From: Isorropodon fossajaponicum endosymbiont JTNG4 | GTDB taxonomy: Bacteria; Pseudomonadota; Gammaproteobacteria; PS1; Pseudothioglobaceae | Length of the DNA stretch: 32,000 bases | Direction: 5' to 3' | Assembly: GCF_016592615.1 (NCBI RefSeq) | Contig: NZ_AP013043.1 | Span: forward strand, 1,290,001 to 1,322,000 | Part shown: one piece after another, positions 26,639-32,000 of the stretch | Layout of the letters: each line of letters opens with the position of its first letter | Numbering within the stretch: the first letter of the stretch is position 1 | Notes under the pieces: model-generated | Told to the model about the DNA's origin: nothing | Databases searched by the model: none | Seen by the model: the letters and a program-made list of their open reading frames with translations, nothing else | Program-made: the position numbers and the translations under genes

Positions 26639-28012
26639 TTAATCAAAATATCCTTTAAACAACTCTTCCACTTCATGGATTTTACTAACATCAGTCAACA
26701 CTAACAATACATGATCTCCTTCTTTGATTACCAAAGTACGCGACCCCATAATCACTTCATGATTCCTAACCACTGAACCCACAACCACACCATCAGGTAA
26801 ATTAATTTGTTCAATAGTTTTACCCACAACATCTGAATGGTGTTTATCACCATGTACGATAACCTCAATTGCTTCTGCCTTACCTTGGCGCAATGAATAC
26901 ACCATCATGGTGTCGCCTTTACGAATATGTGCCAAGATGCCACTAACTGTAATTTGATCAGGTGATATGACCATATCTACACCTTCGCTTTGTTCGGCCA
27001 AATCTTCATAAACATTACGCTTCACCAAGGCGATCGTCTTATGCGCACCTAAACGTTTGGCCAAAATTGAAACAATCACATTGATTTCATCAGAATCTGT
27101 TAAAGCTAAAAATAAATCTGTATTTTCAATGCCCTCTTCTAATAGTAACTCTTCATCGGATGCATTACCTAAAAGCACTAATGTATTTTCAAGCTCGTCA
27201 GCAATTTCACTAACACGCTTTTTATTTATCTCAATCACACGAACGCGGTGATTTTTTTCTAAGAACTTTGCTAAATTAAGACCAATGCGCCCACCACCAG
27301 CAATAATAATGTTTTTATAAGCCTTGTCTTCACGCCTGAATTGTTTAATCACTTTAGAAATACTGGCTTTTTTGGTCATGAAATAAACCCGATCACCATC
27401 ACGAATAACCGTCTCTCCTGATGCGGGAATTGCCCTACCATTACGATATAAGCTTACAATGCGCACCCGTGTTTTTGGCAAATGTTCATGCAGATCTTTA
27501 ATAGGGTGCCCTACAATTGGTGTGCCTGCATAAGCTCTGGTTTCTACCAATTGAACCAACCCATTTTCAAACTCAAACACCTGCTCAGCGCCTGGCTCTT
27601 CAACCACACGCTTAATATAGTTAGTCACCAACTCTTCAGGTGTGATAATGAAATCAATTGGAATAGCATTAGGTGAAAACAACTCTTTCCTATGTAGATA
27701 TTCAGCAGTACGTATACGCGCTACTTTCTTTTCTACTTGATACAAGGTGTGTGCCATCTGGCAAGCCAACATATTACCTTCATCAGAGCGTGTTACAGCA
27801 ATCACCATATCCATATTTTTAATGTCTGCTTCTTCTAAAACGTTAGGATACGAAGCATGTCCACAGACAGTTTTAATGTCTAAATGACGCTGCAAATTTG
27901 ATAAATTAGATTCATCTTTATCAATAATGGTAATGTCATTATCATTATCTAAGCCTAAATATTTGGCTAATGTTGCACCAACTTGTCCCGCACCTAGGAT
28001 TAAGATTTTCAT
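26639..28012 (-). CDS. trkA: Trk system NAD-binding peripheral subunit
   Basis: MKILILGAGQVGATLA and a second IIIAGGGRIGLNLA Rossmann motif. 457 aa with the two RCK halves. Confidence 0.93.
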   Translation of the reverse strand: MKILILGAGQVGATLAKYLGLDNDNDITIIDKDESNLSNLQRHLDIKTVCGHASYPNVLEEADIKNMDMVIAVTRSDEGNMLACQMAHTLYQVEKKVARIRTAEYLHRKELFSPNAIPIDFIITPEELVTNYIKRVVEEPGAEQVFEFENGLVQLVETRAYAGTPIVGHPIKDLHEHLPKTRVRIVSLYRNGRAIPASGETVIRDGDRVYFMTKKASISKVIKQFRREDKAYKNIIIAGGGRIGLNLAKFLEKNHRVRVIEINKKRVSEIADELENTLVLLGNASDEELLLEEGIENTDLFLALTDSDEINVIVSILAKRLGAHKTIALVKRNVYEDLAEQSEGVDMVISPDQITVSGILAHIRKGDTMMVYSLRQGKAEAIEVIVHGDKHHSDVVGKTIEQINLPDGVVVGSVVRNHEVIMGSRTLVIKEGDHVLLVLTDVSKIHEVEELFKGYFD

Positions 28013-28018
28013 ACTATT

Positions 28019-28594
28019 TTATTTTTTATCAATGCCTAAATCTTTTAACTTACGATATAAAGTGGTCCTTTCTAACCCTGCCAAGACTGCAACCTTGGCA
28101 ATATTATGACTGTTCTCTTGCAGATGGTGATTGAAATATTGTACCTCAAAAATATTCCTTGCCTCTTTAAGTGGTGCATTAAATTCAATACCACTAATAG
28201 TGTGTTCAGATTTCTCTAGTACTTGTTCAGATAGAATTTTACGTACCAATGGCAAAATATCATGCAGTGGTTTTTTCAAAAAATCAATCGCACCCAGTTT
28301 AATTGCCTTGACCACGTCTTGATGTTCTGCATGCCCAGACATCATCACAATCGGTGTAGAAAAACCAGCTTGAGTCCATTCTTCTAATAATGACATACCG
28401 TCCTGACCAGGCATCCAAACGTCCATCATAACCAGGTCAAAAAATTGATCTTTTATAGTAGTTTTAGCTTGACTGGCGTTAGCTGCAATAACCACATGAT
28501 AATTAACATCTTCCAATGTATCCATCATCGTTTCTGCATTCATATTTTCATCATCAATGATAAGAATTCTACCAATGGCTAATGTGTCATCCAT
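28019..28594 (-). CDS. response regulator: receiver domain plus Fis-type HTH, no AAA+ domain (NtrX-like by context)
   Basis: Receiver domain (ILIIDDE...DLVMMDVWMPGQDG...MMSGH...KLGAIDFLKKP) and a C-terminal NtrC/Fis-type HTH (NIAKVAVLAGLERTTLYRKLKDLGI). Only 191 aa and no Walker A motif. Confidence 0.8.
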   Translation of the reverse strand: MDDTLAIGRILIIDDENMNAETMMDTLEDVNYHVVIAANASQAKTTIKDQFFDLVMMDVWMPGQDGMSLLEEWTQAGFSTPIVMMSGHAEHQDVVKAIKLGAIDFLKKPLHDILPLVRKILSEQVLEKSEHTISGIEFNAPLKEARNIFEVQYFNHHLQENSHNIAKVAVLAGLERTTLYRKLKDLGIDKK

Positions 28595-28606
28595 AACCCC
28601 TTCTTT

Positions 28607-30787
28607 TTATTTATTGCAATTAAACTCAATGGTAATCATAGCACCATGCGGTTTAACATTACCAGCAAATACTTCACCTTCATGTTGCTTAATAATATTT
28701 TGCACAATTGCCATGCCTAAACCACTACCCTTAATTTTGGTCGTCACATAAGGCTCAAATACCCTATCAAGTACGTACTTATCAAAGCCATCACCATCAT
28801 CTATGATACTTAAACGCACAATGGCTTGTTTTGGTAAATATTCTGTCGTGATTTTAACGTTAAAATCACGCCCGTCAACCATTGCTTCACTGGCGTTTTT
28901 CACTAAATTAATCAACACTCTAGAAATACTATGACTATCTAAAAGTAGTAGTGGAATACCAGCAGACAAATCAAAGTCAATATTCATATTACTTTGTGCA
29001 TCATAAAGTGCGATAGATTGTTTAATTAATGCATTCAAATCACAAGACTTCCTTTCAATTTGAGGCGTGTTAGCATAATCAGCAAATGCACTTACCATAG
29101 TGTCCATAGATTGAACTTGGTGAATAATGGTATTTGTAGTTTTATCAATAACGTCTAAATCTTTGCCCTCTAAAGAGCCCATGAATCGGTTTCTAAGACG
29201 CTGAGCAGATAATAAAATGGGTGTTAGTGGATTTTTAATTTCGTGTGCCATGCGCTTTGCCACTTCTCCCCAAGCAGCTTTTTTCTGAGCCCTATTTAAC
29301 TTCGAGATGTCCTTAATCACAATAACAAAACCCAAGGTTTCATTGTCATTTTTAAGTGCCGCACCTTGGCACGATAATAACAAATGCTGACTAGCTAGAG
29401 TAATTTCAATCTCTTCACTCCATTCACTTTCATCTCGTTTAAATTTATCTTGTGTCATTAAAAACAAAGGTTCTAAATTTGAATAGCGATCAACAATAGT
29501 GTTGCATTTTTTACCAATGAATAATTTTTCATCTTCAATACCCAGCATTGTACCAATCACTGGATTAATGAGGCGGATCTTCCTATTTTGATCAAGTGCA
29601 ATCACACCATAAGAATATTTAAGAATCGTTTCTAAATACAAATTGTGCGTATCCAAGCCTTCACAAGATGCCTTGATTTGTCTAGACATAGTATTAAATT
29701 GTTCAATCAAACTACGCACATCTTCACTTTCTTTTTGTTTAGCAATACGCACATCATAATTACCTTTAGCAATTTCTTGCGTGGCGATGGATAAGTTATT
29801 CAATGGCTTCATTAACCGTTCAATCATGCGAAAAACCACCATAAGCGCACTCAATATTGCCAATAGCACGGTAGATGAAAAATCAATCATAAAACGTTTT
29901 TGAGTGATTGAAGTGTTGATTTCAAATTTAATGTTTTGTGCTGCATTAGCAAACCCTCTAACTTGTGACAAAAACCCTAAAAGCCCTGGATCAGTTGCAT
30001 ACACCACATCAACCACAAATAAATCTTGATTTGATATATTTGAAAGATAACGTGTTGACATTTTTACTTGAATAACGTTTGCAGTCTCGTCTTCGTTAAT
30101 CATACGTGGCTGTGCACCTGGCAATGGCTGCTCTTCAATTGCCATGCAATTAGTCACATCTGCCGTTTTGGCAACCATCTCTTCTTGAGCATTCAACAAT
30201 GTAATTTGACAAGCCCAGCCTTTATCAATTAAGCCATCAAGAAATATTTGCATACTTTGTGCATAATTTTCAGCATCTTTTTGAAAGCTGCCAAAAGAGA
30301 TAATTAAAGTTAGTAATCTTTTTGTTTGTTCGGTATAACGCTCATCTCTAATTTTTTGCACACCGCTATACAAGCCATTGACTTGCTGAATAAAATTTTG
30401 ACTGAAAACATTAAAAGCTTTTTCTGAATCTTTAACGTTGTTTTGAATCGTTTGAAATGAGAATATATAAAAAGACAATACTGGCACAATCACCAAAACC
30501 GGCACAATTTTAACAAACGACCAAGTAAATTTAGAGCCTACAATATCGCCCTTAACATCACGCTTAAGGCGTAATACATCCGCATAAACATAATAAATAG
30601 CAATCAGGCTCATGATGATATTAAACCCAACCAAATACCCCCACCAATGTGCAATAAAATCAGGATTAAGCCCTAAATAAAACGTGCCAGAAATAGACAG
30701 TAAGAAAACAAACACCCAAACCCATGCAGGTGGTGTCTTTTTTAAATGCAAATATTGGTTAAGAATCATAGAAAATAGTGCGAACAA
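28607..30787 (-). CDS. ntrY: NtrY-like sensor histidine kinase (TM sensor, HAMP, PAS, HisKA, HATPase)
   Basis: N-terminal TM helices, a HAMP-like segment (MKPLNNLSIATQEIAKGNYDVRI), a PAS-like region, the H-box MAHEIKNPLTPILLSAQRL, and G-boxes DDGDGF / GSGLGMAIV. 726 aa. Confidence 0.7.
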   Translation of the reverse strand: MFALFSMILNQYLHLKKTPPAWVWVFVFLLSISGTFYLGLNPDFIAHWWGYLVGFNIIMSLIAIYYVYADVLRLKRDVKGDIVGSKFTWSFVKIVPVLVIVPVLSFYIFSFQTIQNNVKDSEKAFNVFSQNFIQQVNGLYSGVQKIRDERYTEQTKRLLTLIISFGSFQKDAENYAQSMQIFLDGLIDKGWACQITLLNAQEEMVAKTADVTNCMAIEEQPLPGAQPRMINEDETANVIQVKMSTRYLSNISNQDLFVVDVVYATDPGLLGFLSQVRGFANAAQNIKFEINTSITQKRFMIDFSSTVLLAILSALMVVFRMIERLMKPLNNLSIATQEIAKGNYDVRIAKQKESEDVRSLIEQFNTMSRQIKASCEGLDTHNLYLETILKYSYGVIALDQNRKIRLINPVIGTMLGIEDEKLFIGKKCNTIVDRYSNLEPLFLMTQDKFKRDESEWSEEIEITLASQHLLLSCQGAALKNDNETLGFVIVIKDISKLNRAQKKAAWGEVAKRMAHEIKNPLTPILLSAQRLRNRFMGSLEGKDLDVIDKTTNTIIHQVQSMDTMVSAFADYANTPQIERKSCDLNALIKQSIALYDAQSNMNIDFDLSAGIPLLLLDSHSISRVLINLVKNASEAMVDGRDFNVKITTEYLPKQAIVRLSIIDDGDGFDKYVLDRVFEPYVTTKIKGSGLGMAIVQNIIKQHEGEVFAGNVKPHGAMITIEFNCNK

Positions 30788-30990
30788 TCATACTTTTTGA
30801 ATAATTATCGCATACATCTACACAAATTATTCATTAAAAGATAGCCCAAATAACTTAGCTGATTGTCTTTGTGCTTAAGTTTTTTCAGGTCGCTGCTAGG
30901 ATGTATTTATAATGAAAAATTACTTTATTCTAAATAAATAATATTAATTCTATTTTTATGTAAAAAACATGTATCGTACGCATATAAGTT

Positions 30991-31016
30991 ACCTTTTTAG
31001 CAATAGCTAAAAAGGT
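30991..31016. repeat. perfect 11-bp inverted repeat (hairpin or operator candidate)
   Basis: ACCTTTTTAGC-aata-GCTAAAAAGGT, read directly, inside a ~400-bp AT-rich non-coding stretch. Confidence 0.8.
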
Positions 31017-31187
31017 AAAAAGAATTAATTTTTTCGAGTGTTGGCACTATCCATAGCAAAGTAGTATCGTTTTTTGACAAAATCATATTACTTTATATAA
31101 AACTTTGAGACAGCATAGTACCATTAGTTTTTCTAGTTAATTTTAACTCAATGAAAACTAATTTTCTAATAAATATGGAGATATATC

Positions 31188-31698
31188 ATGAAAAAAGTAA
31201 GATTATAACATTAAGCTTATTGCTTATAGGCACATCACAAGCATTTGCAGAGGCTCTAAGAGAGCGTGTTGCTGTATTAGAATCAACCCCAAGCAGCAAC
31301 AAAGATTGGTGGCGTGGCTCAAGTTAAATACACAACAAATGGAGGGTACTGAGTTGGGCGATGTCAAACTTCACGTTTCACACGTAATTAATGAGCAATT
31401 CGATGCTACTTTTACAATTCAAAGGGATGGTGGCGATAAGGATAGTATTAGGTGGTGCTGCAATTAATTATCACAATGCAAACTTTGATGCCTCAATCGG
31501 CAAAATTGGCACGCCTTTTGGTTCTTATGGCACAGGCATGATAAAGGCAATAGAAATGGGCTTGCACTATCCAAAACATTAGGCGGTATCAAAGTTTCAG
31601 TTTATACCAACGACAAAGTAAAAAGTAAATCAGCTAATCAGCTAATTACACCAACGGTGCATTTCAGTGCAGGCGCTTACTATTTTGCAATGCTCTAA
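31188..31698 (+). pseudogene. decayed outer-membrane porin-like gene (several frameshifts, 3' truncated)
   Basis: GGAG ribosome-binding site then ATG. MKKVRL* continues in another frame as ITLSLLLIGTSQAFA|EALRERVAVLESTPSSNKDWWRG (signal peptide plus a short coiled-coil-like lead). A third frame gives ...ELGDVKLHVSHVINEQFDATFTIQRDGGDKD, and the frame shifts again into LGGAAINYHNANFDASIGKIGTPFGSYGTG. The beta-strand-like alternation suggests a porin; the family is not identified. Confidence 0.45.
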
Positions 31699-31704
31699 CC
31701 TACT

Positions 31705-32000
<296 letters not shown>

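Noticed and set aside
31391-31582. 63-aa ORF treated as a stand-alone gene
   Set aside because: Its C-terminal two-thirds (LGGAAINYHNANFDASIGKIGTPFGSYGTG) continue the porin-like reading that starts at 31188 in other frames. It is better explained as one fragment of a frameshifted pseudogene.

Overview
This is an AT-rich, gene-dense bacterial chromosome segment. All calls come from reading the supplied translations and the DNA by eye; no searches were run. Most of the window is housekeeping. One minus-strand block keeps the E. coli-like order pabC-mltG-tmk-holB and continues into hemL, a LOG-family gene and a HAD-IB hydrolase. The window also holds pepA, dsbC/G, typA, rlmE, ispB, dinG, and trkA-trkH preceded by an NtrY-like kinase and a short response regulator. 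A tusA gene followed by a DsrE2-like gene suggests a sulfur-oxidising gammaproteobacterium, possibly a free-living or symbiotic thiotroph with some genome decay; this is inference. The least understood part is a four-gene plus-strand module at 8633-10863: two tandem paralogous DUF1538-type membrane proteins, a PII-like protein and a CBS-pair protein. It looks like an uncharacterised transporter with two nucleotide-sensor regulators. A membrane-anchored DUF302 protein and an MBL-fold hydrolase follow it. Signs of decay or plasticity: (1) a dead higBA-like toxin-antitoxin locus, with stop codons in the toxin and a visible 5-bp tandem duplication in the antitoxin; (2) pabC reading in frame into the mltG N-terminus, followed by a frameshift; (3) a (GCAA)6 microsatellite touching the predicted promoter of an RND pump that has no adjacent adaptor gene; (4) a multiply frameshifted porin-like gene next to a partial IS3-family transposase at the right edge. 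I found no tRNA, rRNA or CRISPR array.
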